A stretch of DNA of 64,000 nt from Octopus vulgaris. Its lineage: Eukaryota. Location of the stretch: the NCBI GenBank assembly GCA_951406725.2, contig OX597831.1, positions 8,804,001 through 8,868,000 of the forward strand. The letters are read 5' to 3'. The notes under the pieces are model-generated. The model ran no database searches. It was not told where the DNA came from and saw nothing but the letters and a program-made list of their open reading frames with translations. Positions 37,362-50,775 of the stretch are shown in pieces. Both the position numbers and the translations under genes were made by a program. Position 1 is the stretch's first letter; each line of letters begins with the position of its first letter.

Positions 37362-39681
37362 TTATCTATCTATCTATTTTAGGGGCGAAAACGTTCAAAG
37401 GAATCAATGTTCGGTCACTTAGAATACAGAACAGAAAGATATGTCTAAGAGTGAATAAGATATTTAATTCCTTGTCATTTGTCGAAGAAAATATATTTTG
37501 CATTTATATAATATACCTTCTTTCCTTTTTGCCATATTATAAATTAGCTCTTCTAAATATCATTTTCTTTTTAGTTCCCGAAAGGCCATAAGCGAAACAA
37601 AATATATTTTGTAGTATTGTTACGATGCGACTAGAAGCAGGTTGGGTAAGCGTATTTGAACATAACCGCTGTGTGATTGAAATTGAAAAGATACTACCTG
37701 TAAGGAAGCCCATGACACATACATACATTCATACATACATACATACATACATACATACATACATACATACATACATCTCTCTCTCTATCCGCTCAGTCGA
37801 AGTCGACTCTCGGTCACTCGTTGGATCAGTGTCCTCCAATCAGTTCTATCCTGGGCCGCTTCTTTCATATTGGCTATGTCCATTCCGGTATCACTCTTGA
37901 TGGTGTCAAGCCAGCGGGTTCTTGGTCGGCCTCTTCCTCTCTTGCCACTGACCATTCCGAGCATGATGTCCTTTTATATATAATTAAGATTCCTTTGAAT
38001 TTCGTACTTAAATCGAGGCACCCTGCTAGGTCGGTATGTTAGCTTTAATCTTCGTTCTGTGATGATTTCGCTAAGTGCTCTTGAGGTGGCTCTCTTTATA
38101 ATGTCTTTAGTTGTTATGTGGTCCAAATCTAGATAAACGGAAGTGACGACTGTTCACCATTTCGTTATGGCACTGTTTCGTTCCTGCTTCCAGCTCTCCA
38201 CTTATCTTCCCCAAATCCAATCCTCTTATCCTCTCCGTTAAACTCTTCCTTCCTCATTCCTTTGAAAAAGATGCGTTCGATAATTTGGTATGGATTTACT
38301 ACATTTAAGGATACAAACAAGAAAAGGCGGAATATTCACTGTAGGAATACTATGGTAGATATTCCATGGTTTTACTCGATCATGGCTGACCTGGGGTTAA
38401 ACGACTATAATATCAACTGGAAATAGAGTAACACTGAACATGCTTTTTATGATTTTCTGGTCACTTTATTTCCTTTATTTAGTGACATTAATAACCCTAA
38501 ATCTTGAGCTTTACATAATATGATTGCATCAGCTTTCTCATTGTCCTGTTGAAATACATAGCAGTAATTTATGGATGATGTTACTCGCAGTAAATTCAAT
38601 TTACCATTTGTTGCTGGCGAGAAAGCTTTGTGCCTTAGTTGAATAAAATAGTCGACGTTGTATCTCAATGAAAAGACGCGTATAGGTGTTTGTGTTATGG
38701 GAAAATCCATTTAACAGAAAACCAAATAATCAAATAATAAAAAAAAGAAGATAGATATGTTCTTACAATTTACTTTCCTACGCATCGTGTGTGTATGTAT
38801 GTTTTTATGTATGTATGTGTGCACGTGCGTATGTGTGTGTGTGGAGATGTATATATGTATGCATGTGATTATCTGTGTGTTAACATCTTATATAAACGAG
38901 ATTTGTGTCAGTGATGAGGGAAGCTTGGCAGAGGCTGGGGTTTATTCTTTTTTATTAATCCTAGATTGAATCGTTGAAGTGATGCGCCGTTTTGGGAAAT
39001 CGCTTCTAAGTAAATAGCAAACCAAATTGGCAGCGAGAAAGTGTTTCTATAAGACATAAGACATAATGTCATAAGAGGAAGAATAACAAAAAAGAAAAAT
39101 TCTTTACTATGGTTCTACGATTATTTAAAAATTGCATCAATCCGCCAAACACAGAGATTTCATAATTTTATATTACATTAATACTTGTAACATGGTGAGG
39201 AAAACTGATTGTACAGGTGACTCGATTACTGGGTCAAAAGCTAACGATTTACCAGGTCACGAGTTGTTCAGGTCTGCAGCTCGTGTTTCGTTGTCACTAG
39301 CGACGCATTTTATCCCCGTTCCACGTTGCTTCTTTTCAGTTAGCTGCGGAAAAGAAGTTCATCGTTTAGGAAACGGTGCATTCCATGCTGAAATGAAGCT
39401 TCAATTTATTTTGCTTTACTTATAGTAACAACTACGTTTGTTGTGTTGTTGTTGTTGTTGCTGAATCGCAAACAAACTTGTTCGAGTTGACCTTTGAGAT
39501 CAAAAGCATCCGAGTGATGATTACTCAACCATTCTGTGCACCAGAAACATCAATTCACAATTTCACCGTCTTCTTTATTACATCACGATAAATGTGAAGA
39601 AGCAGCAAATACTATACATGTCTATGTGGAGTGTGTGCTTGCGTATGAGTGCGCCCGCGAGTGTCACTTTTGCTTCTTCAA

Positions 39682-39750
<69 letters not shown>

Positions 39751-39815
39751 ACTATCTATCCTCATTTGAGCATTAATCGAGGAGTTTTCTAATTAAATCC
39801 AGAATTACAAGCCTT

Positions 39816-39919
<104 letters not shown>

Positions 39920-40186
39920 AATTTAAAATAACAAGGGTGAAAAATTTAATATTAATTTTATTAATATCAATTTAAATCCAGTGGTCAAGCATATAGAAAA
40001 ATTTAAAGATTCAGAAAAATTATATTACATACATATAAGAGGGATGACCACTAACTGGACATCCGTTATGTTAGAAGTCGACTCCCTATGGTCTTACCAC
40101 TAAGAAAGGAATGGTCTCAAGGAAATTTAGCGAACGCCAGAACGTAAGCGAGCAAGACAAATGAAATGATACAAAATATACAGAAT

Positions 40187-40260
40187 AATCACAAACCCGA
40201 TTTCGTTGTTACCACTTACGAAATTACTTACGTAGATGTCCGCAACTCATCAGTGTGATC
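40187..40260 (-). ncRNA. Type I hammerhead ribozyme with long stem II
   Basis: GATCACA-CTGATGA-GTTG...CAAC-GAAA-TCGGGTT-TGTGATT: 7-bp stem I, canonical core, extended imperfect stem II, minimal stem III. Confidence 0.7.
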
Positions 40261-40499
40261 GTCATAACAAAATATAATTTGAAGAACTATACAACCTCGT
40301 GTATAGTTCTTGAGAACATTCATTTCTGCGGCGTGAGTTTTCTTTTATTTCATTCTGGTATAAGCGCAAGCGTATATTCGCATACTTGTTTTTTTCTACA
40401 TTTAAGCAGATCTTTCCCTAGGATTCAACATTAAGTTTCTTACTCCTAACACCTGTATGTTCTGGAAATGTAATTTTGCCAAACAAAATGCACTTCATA

Positions 40500-40700
40500 T
40501 TCAAGGCTCTGATGAAGCTATGGGATGCTACCCATCGCCTCACAATCGGTTTTAGTTTGTTTGTGTCCAGTTCGGCAAAAAAGACCGCTAAAATAAATAT
40601 CAAGCTCCAAAGATTAAATACAGGGGAAGAGATGTTCGCCTAAACCCTTCCATGTTGTGTCCCAGCATAGCCGCAGCCCAAAGAAAACAAATAAAGGTAA
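40500..40700 (+). mobile_element. SINE family B 3' part, diverged
   Basis: GTTCGGCAAAAAAGACCG...CCCAGCATAGCCGCAGCC. Confidence 0.55.
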
Positions 40701-40879
40701 AAAATATTACACAGAACCAAATAGTGTAAAAGTGCCCTAAAGAGGAAAGAGTGGAAAGCCATATAAGGAGTAATAAGTTGATATCCAATGGTAGGGTCGG
40801 CCTATGACACATCAGTCCAGAAGTTCCTTCTTGCTTGTTATTTAGGCAGCTTCACCAATCATCGCAGGTTTGCAAAATC

Positions 40880-41045
40880 CGTTGCGACTTCATCATATCA
40901 CTCATTTTTCGCTAGCTGAGTGAACTAGAGCATCTTGAAATGAAATGGTTTTGCTCACAATTCGGACGCATCCCTCGGTCCAGGAATCGAAACTACAATC
41001 TCATGATCATCAGTCCAACAATCAAACCACTAAGCTACCAGCCAC
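40880..41045 (-). mobile_element. SINE family E, diverged
   Basis: Minus strand TAGCTTAGTGG...GTTTCGATTCCTGGAC...GCTCTAGTTCACTCAGC. Confidence 0.6.
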
Positions 41046-42183
41046 CACACAGCAGGTGTACTGCTGGTAAATTTCAGGAAGCCTGAGATTCTTGAACGAT
41101 GCAGTATTCTGACAGCTAACAACCAACGCCGGTTGTTTAATCCTTGCTTCGACTATTCCGAGCATGAAGAAATGTTTCCGAATGACATGGGTGCTATGCT
41201 GCCTTTTGTTTTATAATTTATTAAGACTATTGAAAGTAGAGATAGTGCCAATATCATTTGAACTCTAAATATAGATGTTAAAAATTAAATGCTACGAGAC
41301 CTTTAGGCTGTCTCTGAATTGTTTCAGACAGACGGTCGCCATCATAGAATAATAAATACCAATATTAACTGTATGACACAAATCTGCAGACAAAGACAAT
41401 CGTACATTTTTTTTCTTGCAGTTAGTGTTTTTAATTATTTAAAGTTGACAGCTATATTATCATTAATTATATATGTGCTAACAAATTATATGAAAAAGAA
41501 ACGGATGAACTAATTAATTCCACCAATGTTGCTTCTTTTACATGAAATAAACAACAAAAATGAAACAAAAGTAAAAAAAACCCAAAAAACATGGAAGAAG
41601 AAAAACGATTTCCCATCCTCTGATTGGATCAAACTTTAACGAAATATTAAAACTGATTGCTTTTATCATTATTTTTCCATTTTTTATTCAATATATTTCA
41701 CACATCGATTATAACTTCAATTAGCATTACAGATTACCTCTTAACTGAACTTTCGGAGATCAACGGTTGCCAAGAGCAACCCCCGCAAAACAGCACAAAG
41801 CAACTCGTGGTTTCTTGGCGAAATTCTTCGCTTTTCGTGAAGAGAAACATGCTTTTATGCAGGCGGCGAACTTTTATTATTGATTCTGTCAAAAAGGACG
41901 GTCCATTGTCAGATATTCTCGAGAATCCAAGAACGTCTGCAACACATGTGATGTACTTCAATTAACAAAAGAAACTGGCAGAACATTATTAAGCACATAC
42001 GATCCGGTCTTTGCCGCCGCCAGAACAAAGTGCGGCCTACGAGCATTACACACATATCTAATATTTGATGTCGGATTTAAACGCCTTCGTATTGGCTAGC
42101 GTAGGACGAAATGGGTTCTTCAACTTTTTTCTCCGGAGAAATAGTGTATAGAAATAAAATAATCTGAGATTTTGTTGCATAGG

Positions 42184-42272
<89 letters not shown>

Positions 42273-42439
42273 GTGTGTGTTTGTGTTTATGTTGATATGT
42301 TTTTACATATGTGAAAAATTTACAAAGAGAATAAGAACACACAAGTAAAGATATTATATATATATATATATATACAACATGTGCAACGATTAAAACCGGC
42401 ACATTTTTTGAGTGGATATATATATATATATATTCAACT

Positions 42440-42553
42440 TCTGCAACGATTTTTTTGTCTTATCATCTTTTCCCTCTATTACTTTTCCTCATTCCTTTCT
42501 GTAGAAGAGCGTAGGCTCGAAACGTCAAAAACTGTTTCATTTTTCCTGAGCGT

Positions 42554-42556
<3 letters not shown>
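42440..42556 (+). repeat. Repeat family H2 copy with hammerhead-like motif (42494-42531)
   Basis: CCTTT-CTGTAGA-A-GAGCGTAGGCTC-GAAACGTC-AAAA. Confidence 0.65.
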
Positions 42557-42593
<37 letters not shown>

Positions 42594-43304
42594 GCATATT
42601 TCTATGCGTGCATAGTGATATGAGCGTGTGTGTCAATTTGTGTAGGAATGTGTATACACTCTTCATACGTAATCTGACGAAACTACATTTTCATGCCGAA
42701 GCAGTTGTCGAACAAGTTTAACAAGTGACATTGTAGGAAAATCTCGAATCTTGTGAGAATAGTTTTTATGCAAAAGTTGTGTGAATAATGAAGATTGACT
42801 TTATATCTAATATGGAAGGTGTTATAGATTAATTAGCGCTGGTACATATTAATTATTATTCATTGTGTTATAGATCAATAACTGTAATAAACAGAATATT
42901 TTTTTGTAACATCTGTAATACGTATCTCTTTCACTCCAAGCTGCTTATAGTTTCTCTAAAAGAAAAATGGCTACCTTAGCATATGAATATTATTTGAATA
43001 GATTTCAAATTTTTATAGTCAACACTGCCATTATATTCTGTCAATTTGTTACCATAATTTCGATTCCAGACACTTATATTACATTAATATTTTCCATTCG
43101 ATATAGCGGACAGCGCCCGAATAACCAAATCTCTATATTTATACTGTTTGTTGCTCTGTTAGTACGTAATTGCTATCATATTAATCTTGAAAGCACATAA
43201 AATAGAGCCCTTCTACGTGCTCGGACATAAATACACACATACATACATACATAATACATACATAATACATACATGCATACATACATACATACATACATTG
43301 AACA

Positions 43305-44080
43305 TATATCAACTGAAGACCATGTATGGATATGTTTGTAGGAAGGTCAGAGATGATAGTAATGTCAGAGCAGTCTATCATGGATCAATAACCGGATTAC
43401 TATCTCCCACTTTGAAGGATATGCGTTTGCAACCCAGGAACAGGAAATATCAACCTAATACCTGATGCACACAAGGGACAGAGGTGCAGGTAAAGCAGTA
43501 AAATGTGACAACCGATGCAGATTTTGTGGAGTTAACACCGAAGAAATGTTTCATCTACATCATAAGCAGTTGCCCGAAAATTTCATCCCGGTGATATCTA
43601 CCGATGAGACCTGGTGTTGTAGCTAGGACACACTACAATGAAATCCGTCGAAAATATAATCCCGACAAAGAAGTAAGAACCCATAATATGGTAGAAGCGA
43701 TAGCCACTCATAATAAAACTGGGTACTGGTGCAATATCCCAGTGAAGACCTCAATAAAAAGCACAAAAGACCTGATATGATGATTTGGGTTAGAGAAGAG
43801 AAACTGTGCACAGTTGTGGAATTTAGCTGCTCAGCGGATGTTAACATAAAGCTGAAGATCAGTGAAAAAGAGAATACATACGCTGAACTATTGAGAAATT
43901 TGCACTTACTCTATCTGTAATTACTGGGGCCCTGGGATATGTAACACACTGCCTAAATATCAATCTTGAGAAATTAGGCTTCCCAAAACCAGAAAGAAGA
44001 AAGCTGAGTCGAAGATTACAAATCCAATCCATCACTGGAACTGTAAAAATGTGTAAAACGTTTCTGAAGTTAATCACTTA
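43305..44080 (+). mobile_element. R4/Dong-type RLE LINE 3' remnant (zinc knuckle plus restriction-like endonuclease)
   Basis: SHFEGYAFATQEQEIST...CDNRCRFCG...; KRPDMMIWVREEKLCTVVEFSC...KISEKENTY; ITGALGYV...SITGTVKMCKTF. Confidence 0.85.
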
Positions 44081-44099
44081 AATATATAGGATCAAACAT

Positions 44100-45020
44100 A
44101 ATTTACGTTCGACGGATATTTGTCCTCATCTTGTTTGTTGTTAACACAACGTTTGGGCTGATATACACTTCAGCCTTCTTCAGGTATCTTGGGGAAATTT
44201 CGAACCTGGGGTCTCATTCCTCAGGTATTTTTCGATGTTAAGCCAAACTTTATTGGACGATACATCAACTTCAATTCCTACCACCCATACAGTGTAAAGA
44301 GAGGAATTGCGCAGTGCCTAAAACATCGTGCAAAGAATATAAGTAGCGATCGTGATGCACATCACGAAGTAATGATCAAGCTCAATAATGATCTGTTAAG
44401 CAACAACTATCCCAAAAGTATACTCCACTTATGAAAAAGAGAGATGATGAGGCCAAAAAACTCTCCACAGTCTGTCTACCCTATGTGAAAGGCCTCTCCG
44501 AAAAGATACACATGACATCAGGACAGTATTCAAGAGTAATACAACACTTCGCAAATATCTCCTTCGAGTAAAACCACCAATTGAAGAGAATATGTCCAAA
44601 GACTGCGTGTACTCCATCCCATGCAGCCGTGGAAGGTTATAAAAAGGCGAAACATGTCGTCCCCTCAAAATAAGGGTAGACGAACATCGCAAAGGTGTGA
44701 CACGGGGAGATATTGATAAATCGGGTATAGCTGATCATGTATGGAAAAATGGAGATCACCTCCCCCTGTGGGATGAAGTTAAAAAATTAACAGAGAACAC
44801 CATATGCTGCAGACCGAGCGCAGATATGAGCAGCATTTGGGAACCGGTATTAAGGAAGGTTAGGAAAAGTCCTAAAATTCACTCCATAATTGCCACGGGC
44901 TACTAACCCCAACATTCCGAGTTCGATTCCAAGCAGTGTCTTGAACAATAATAATAATGATGATGATGATAATGATGATGATGATGATGATAATGATAAT
45001 AATAATGATGATGATGATGA
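44100..45020 (+). mobile_element. Penelope-like element (Penelope/Poseidon type, C-terminal GIY-YIG), 5'-truncated with inverted pLTR
   Basis: KPNFIGRYINFNSYHPYSVKRGIAQCLKHRA...NNYP (RT thumb); LPYVKGLSEKI; DCVYSIPCSRGRL.KGETCRPLKIRVDEH...SGIADHVW (GIY-YIG); inverted hammerhead module at 44100-44240 (core GAAA mutated to CAAA); tRNA-like segment at 44891-44944 then (AAT/GAT)n. Confidence 0.9.
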
Positions 45021-45679
45021 TATTAACTGACTTTTCTTACAGGTCTGTATATATGTGTGTGGGCGAGTGAGTATACCTGTAAGCCTGGCATTAATGTGTG
45101 CATGTGTAGTGTGCGCATGTGTGAATGTGCGTGTATTTGTGATTGTATACTTGAGTGTATCAGTGTGTATGGAGATGTTGTGTTCGTCATACTGGACAAA
45201 TGTGTTCGGGTGAAATGGAAGCGGCAGTACTATGTGTAGGAGTTGTGAAGTGTAGGAGTGTATGTGTGTGTGTGTGTGTGGGGGGGGGGCGATAGAACTG
45301 TTGTGTGCCAGTGTGTAGACAATGTATATGAGTAAGGACATGTATGGCAGCAAATTGTTGCGGATGCTGTCTGAACGTTGTAGCAGATATGCAACTAAAA
45401 CATTCTGCATATTGTGTATGTGTGTGTGTGTGTGTATATTTGTGTATGTGTATTATATATGCATATATATAAGTACTATAAATGTGTACATGCATGTGTA
45501 TACACACGCACATATATATATTGACTGTATATATATATATACATATATATATATACACACACATATATATATATATATATGTATGACTATATATATACAT
45601 ATATATGCATTATGAATGCGTATATGTATACATATATTTAATATGAATGTCTATATGTATATGTATATATGTGTGTGTC

Positions 45680-45749
<70 letters not shown>

Positions 45750-45773
45750 CACGTTTATAAATATGGTATTAAA

Positions 45774-45820
<47 letters not shown>

Positions 45821-46027
45821 TATACATGCATACCTACATACATACATGCATGCAGATAGATGCGTGTGGAACAAATTTAATTAAATTAGTACAGGCGAAT
45901 TAGTTTGTTCGTCTGCCTCGGTTCGAATGTTATGTTCAAATTCAACTGTCGTTTTGTATATTTCTATTGATTGGGACATCTTCAGTCGAAAATAATTCGT
46001 TTCCTCCAACATTATACAATTTGTTGG

Positions 46028-46028
<1 letters not shown>

Positions 46029-46058
<30 letters not shown>

Positions 46059-46138
46059 CTTCTTCTTCTTCTTCTTCTTCTTCTTCTTCTTCTTCTTCTT
46101 CTTCTTCTTCTTCTTCTTCTTCTTCTTCTTCTTCTTCT
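46029..46138. repeat. Perfect (TTC)n, about 36 units
   Basis: Direct tandem repeat. Confidence 0.95.
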
Positions 46139-46371
46139 AGTTTTTGTGCACTTAATAACTATCTCTGGTAAAAATTTAAAGACTTATCACATGACACACA
46201 CATAATACACACAGACACACACACGTATGTTTTAATAATGATATGATTGGTACAAAATGGCGCACAAGATAATACCGGTGGCGGCGACGGTGGTGACGAT
46301 GAAAGGTGATTTCCTTTGAATAATGAAAGCAATAGTATAGACGGAATATTTATGGCGCTTGACATCTCTTG

Positions 46372-46414
<43 letters not shown>

Positions 46415-46715
46415 GATCATGATGCGTTAGAATCTTAGACTCACGTTTTATTTTATATTTACATAAATCCCAATGCATTGTGAGTGAATTTCGTGGAAGA
46501 TAAGTCTGTAAGAGCACGTTATACATCTACAACGTATACATACCTGCAGTTATATGGATTCTACGCATTTTACGATACAATTGTATCTTCTGGAATCAAT
46601 GCAGATAAAGAAAGCTAGCTCATCAGATTATCAGAAAATCCTATCTACACCAACGATTCAAACTCTGCTAAACGGCGGTAACCCGCTAGGGATTATTAAA
46701 TATATGTACTTATCA

Positions 46716-46759
<44 letters not shown>

Positions 46760-46762
<3 letters not shown>

Positions 46763-46973
46763 TCGCCATGTTGATTCGCTAGCTTCTGCACGCATTTTTT
46801 TTTCTCTCCTTGTTTCTCTCCGTGTTTCTTTTTTGTGTATCTTTCTGTCGAAGAGCGTAGGCTCGAAACGTAAAAGACTTGTTTTATTTATATTCCTGAG
46901 CGCCAGACTAATACAATTGTTTGTTTATATTCCACCTGCCTTCATCTTTTGTTTATTTCCATAAAGCTTCCCG

Positions 46974-46975
<2 letters not shown>
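46760..46975 (+). repeat. Repeat family H2 copy with best-preserved hammerhead-like motif (46840-46877)
   Basis: TCTTT-CTGTCGA-A-GAGC(GTAG)GCTC-GAAAC-GTA-AAAGA; flanked by (TA)n on both sides. Confidence 0.7.
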
Positions 46976-47009
<34 letters not shown>

Positions 47010-47123
47010 ATGAAAGAGATGTATATATATTCACCGAATATTATATAGGCATGAAAAAGTTTTGTCGATCATATCTCTGGGGTCTCAGGTACACAGTTCT
47101 CTGTGTGTGTGTGTGTGTGTGTA

Positions 47124-47163
<40 letters not shown>

Positions 47164-47419
47164 TGTGTGAGTGTGTGAGTGAATCGAGTAAGACATCACT
47201 GAAAGAGTTCTTACAGATCGGCACGAAACTAGAAAAATACCAACAACACACGAACTTTGCAGGGAATATAGAGCTGACTATTTACTGTTTAAAATTAATA
47301 GAAGACATTTAGAGATTGTCTACGTGTTATAAACCCAGAAATGACTCTTAAGCAGAAAAAGTACACTGATATATGCACACACACACACACACACACACAC
47401 GCGCGCACGCACACACTGC

Positions 47420-47860
47420 TGGAACTCTGGAACTTTCCTTGATCCTGAGGTTTGGGAACAATTATATTTTCTGAGTGCTCTACTGGGCGCATTGCTGATT
47501 ACAAATTTGGGTAAACAATGTGTGTATTTCTATTTCTTTGCTGTAGTACAGCCTGTAAATTCATGGTGACAGAAATAACAATCATTGGAGTGATCTTTCT
47601 GCTCACGCCAAATCATTGGCACACCAAAGTTCATGTGAACATATTTTTTCTGCATACCAAGCTCTCAATGTCTTCACACATGTAAGGCAAGACACATGAG
47701 AAGCCCATGACTTATCCTGGTCTCCTAAGTAACAATCGAAGTAGGTCTTGTATATTTTCTTGATATGGCGTGTAATACTGCGCTTTTCTTTAGCAAAAGT
47801 CAATTCCCCACAGATATAACAGAATCTGTTTGGATCATTTTTGCACTGTCTTGCACTCAT
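47420..47860 (-). mobile_element. Chapaev3-type (CMC) transposase N-terminal remnant
   Basis: MSARQCKNDPNRFCYICGE...LGDQDKSWASHVSC..C; after a frameshift FGVPMIWREQKDHSNDCYFC...SAMRPVEHS...VPKP. Confidence 0.8.
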
Positions 47861-48896
47861 TGTTGAAAAATAATATTAAACACAAGCTTTGAATCATATC
47901 GTAGGTGTTAATAAGATTGGTTTCTAGCCCTTGGTTGAAACCCATTTTACAATGCGGTAGAGAATTTTATTTAAAAACAATGACAAAAAGGGCATACAGT
48001 GACAATTCTATAAAAACCAGAAATGGATTTCCCATGTCATTTTGCATGTAAAAATGGCCACAGATCTCTTGCACGCTTTTAAGTGTTGTACAGTGTTTGT
48101 TGTTAGTGTTATTATTACTTACCCCTTCTGTAATGAAATGCTTTTCATCCAACATGATACCCTATATTTCAGCAGCCATATTCAAGGGGGAAACACCCCA
48201 ACCATTAAATGCATTCAAACTCCGCATATAGTATCTGGTGTGACATCTTAGATAGTTTTCGGGAAAAAAGTGCGTTTTATACATAGTAAATATACAGCAG
48301 TGTTTTCATCAGTGTATCTAGAACTAGAACAGCCAGTGTCGGGGGTTGTAATTCAGTGTTTGTTCAAAGATGGAAGAACACTATGTCCGATCTCCTTTAA
48401 TAACCCCATATTTGGCAAGGGGAACAAATCAGAAAAGCTGCCCTCAGATCGGTGAAGTGTACCCTTTCCAAGAGTAGGACTTCTAGTAGAACACCCAACG
48501 TAGTTTTGGGCAGTTTTCTCAGTTCTCCAAGAACTGAATCAGTCACTCTGGAGGTCTTCTCCAAAAGTGTCCGTCTACCAAAATCCCCTTGCAAGGATTT
48601 ATTCGAATGGAAAAATTGTACGGAGACACACACCAAATTAATCTGGTTGTGGTATGGAACTCGGAGAGGGTATGATCCGAAGGAGGCATGACTGTTATTT
48701 CTAGCAGACAATTAGTTCATGTATGCTTTCGTTATTGATTATTCCCAAATTAAACAAACTTATTTAAAATCATCTCGCTATGAATATTTCATTTTTATAT
48801 TTTCCGGCGTCGTATAACTAGGACTAAACAATATATTTTAATGATAAAGAAAAGATTAGTTCTCGCCATTTGAAAACATCCAACAACATTTAAATT

Positions 48897-49104
48897 CAGT
48901 TCTATATTTAAGAGATGAGGAATTATGTACAATATTTACATTATTTACATTTGACAGATATTTGTCATCTTGTTTGTTGTTAACACAACGTTTCGGCTGA
49001 TATACCCTCCAGCCTTCATCAGGTGTCTTGGGGGAAATTTCGAACCTGGGTTCTCATTCCTAAGGTATTTTTCGATGTTATTATTGTTATCATCATCATC
49101 ATCA

Positions 49105-49169
<65 letters not shown>

Positions 49170-49175
49170 GTTATT
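48897..49175 (-). mobile_element. Solo PLE pLTR module: (AAT)n, hammerhead, tail
   Basis: Same module as 28957-29137, ending CCTCATCTCTTAAATATAGAACTG. Confidence 0.85.
48982..49027 (-). ncRNA. Minimal type I hammerhead ribozyme (PLE-type)
   Basis: GACACCTGATGAAGGCTGGAGGGTATATCAGCCGAAACGTTGTGTT; intact core. Confidence 0.75.
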
Positions 49176-49589
49176 TTAAATTTACTGTTTGCTCAATTTT
49201 GAGGGTGTCACAGTTTTCGCCGCACCACTCTGACTTTTCATTTACATTATTCCAATGGACGTCTGCAGAATTTGACAGATATTTTGTGTGAATTCAGTTG
49301 GCAAATTTAGGTCTTCCACGAGAGAATTCTTTCAGCTTCAGCAAAAAGACCCAAAAATTTGCTAAGCAAGAACAAGCCTGAAAGCCCCAGAGACTTACAT
49401 TCTAAATTTTCAAGACGACTGTTTCAAGATGATGTTTCGTATGTGAAAGAAATAGCAGCTGGGATGGAACCAACGACGAGCGACCACATAGACTGAGCAC
49501 AGGGGAGGGTCATATCATGTGTATATAAAGTACACAATGTCGTTTAGAGATACAAGGAGGAACGGACGACAGCAGTCAGAACCATTATC

Positions 49590-49623
49590 CGTTGTTGCTG
49601 TTGCTGGTGTTGTTTTTGCCGTT

Positions 49624-49658
<35 letters not shown>

Positions 49659-49925
49659 TGTTGTTGTTGTTGTTCCTCTTCTTCTTCTTCTTCTTCTTCT
49701 TCTTTCTTCTTTTCTTCTTCTTCTTCTTCTTCTTCACTTATCCCCTCTTCTTTATTTTCATCATCATCACCATCTAAGCCACCACCACAGAGGACACCAC
49801 CACCACCACCATACAAGTAGCAGCAACAGCACCATCACCATCACCACTACCACCATCATTATTATCACCACCGCCATCTCCCCCACCTACTCGTTCTCCT
49901 TCCTCTCCCACCACTGCTGCTGCTG
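49590..49925. repeat. Compound trinucleotide field (GTT/GTA/CTT/CAC)
   Basis: Direct tandem repeats; explains the poly-V/L/H ORF. Confidence 0.9.
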
Positions 49926-50297
49926 GTACCAGTTGGTGACATACCCTCTTCTATCATTACCTGAAAACCATCAGTATTGAATGTCTCTAAAGTACTGCCG
50001 GGTATTATGCAATGTTCACATATCTCTACCTTACGAGCTCCATGGCAAATAATCAGCTTCCTGTCACAGATACCAGCTAACACCTTTCTTAGAGTGAAAT
50101 ATTGAGAGAAATGGAAACTGTGGATGTTTCCTGTAGCAAGATAAACGCAGAGCGGAGATATTGTTTAATGGGCAAAAAAGAGACATTGCGATGTAATGAA
50201 CGCCAGAAGAAGAGTAGCAGAAAGTGTTCCTATTTACATTAGAAATTATTACATTTAGAAGAGGAATAATGGTAGTTAGAGTGCTACAAATATCTGC

Positions 50298-50299
<2 letters not shown>

Positions 50300-50363
<64 letters not shown>

Positions 50364-50438
50364 GTACATATGTATATATATATATATGTACATGTGTGTA
50401 TGTATGTATATATATATATATATGTATGTGTACAGATG

Positions 50439-50510
<72 letters not shown>

Positions 50511-50572
50511 AATACGTATGCACGCACGCTTGTATGTATGAATGTATGTATGTATACATGAATGTATGTACG

Positions 50573-50609
<37 letters not shown>

Positions 50610-50775
50610 TATGTATGAATGCATGTATATGTACGTGTATATATATATATATATACGCATTTATATAAATATGTACATAAACTACAACTGAATATATACA
50701 TAAATATATAAGTATATATATATATATGTGTGTGTATATATATATATATGTAGTTGTATATATATATATATATAT
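50300..50775. repeat. (TA)n/(TATG)n microsatellite field
   Basis: Direct tandem repeats. Confidence 0.9.

Noticed and set aside
41657-41965. Non-repetitive 102-aa ORF as a possible host exon
   Set aside because: No recognisable motif and weak splice signals; a small exon cannot be excluded without RNA-seq.
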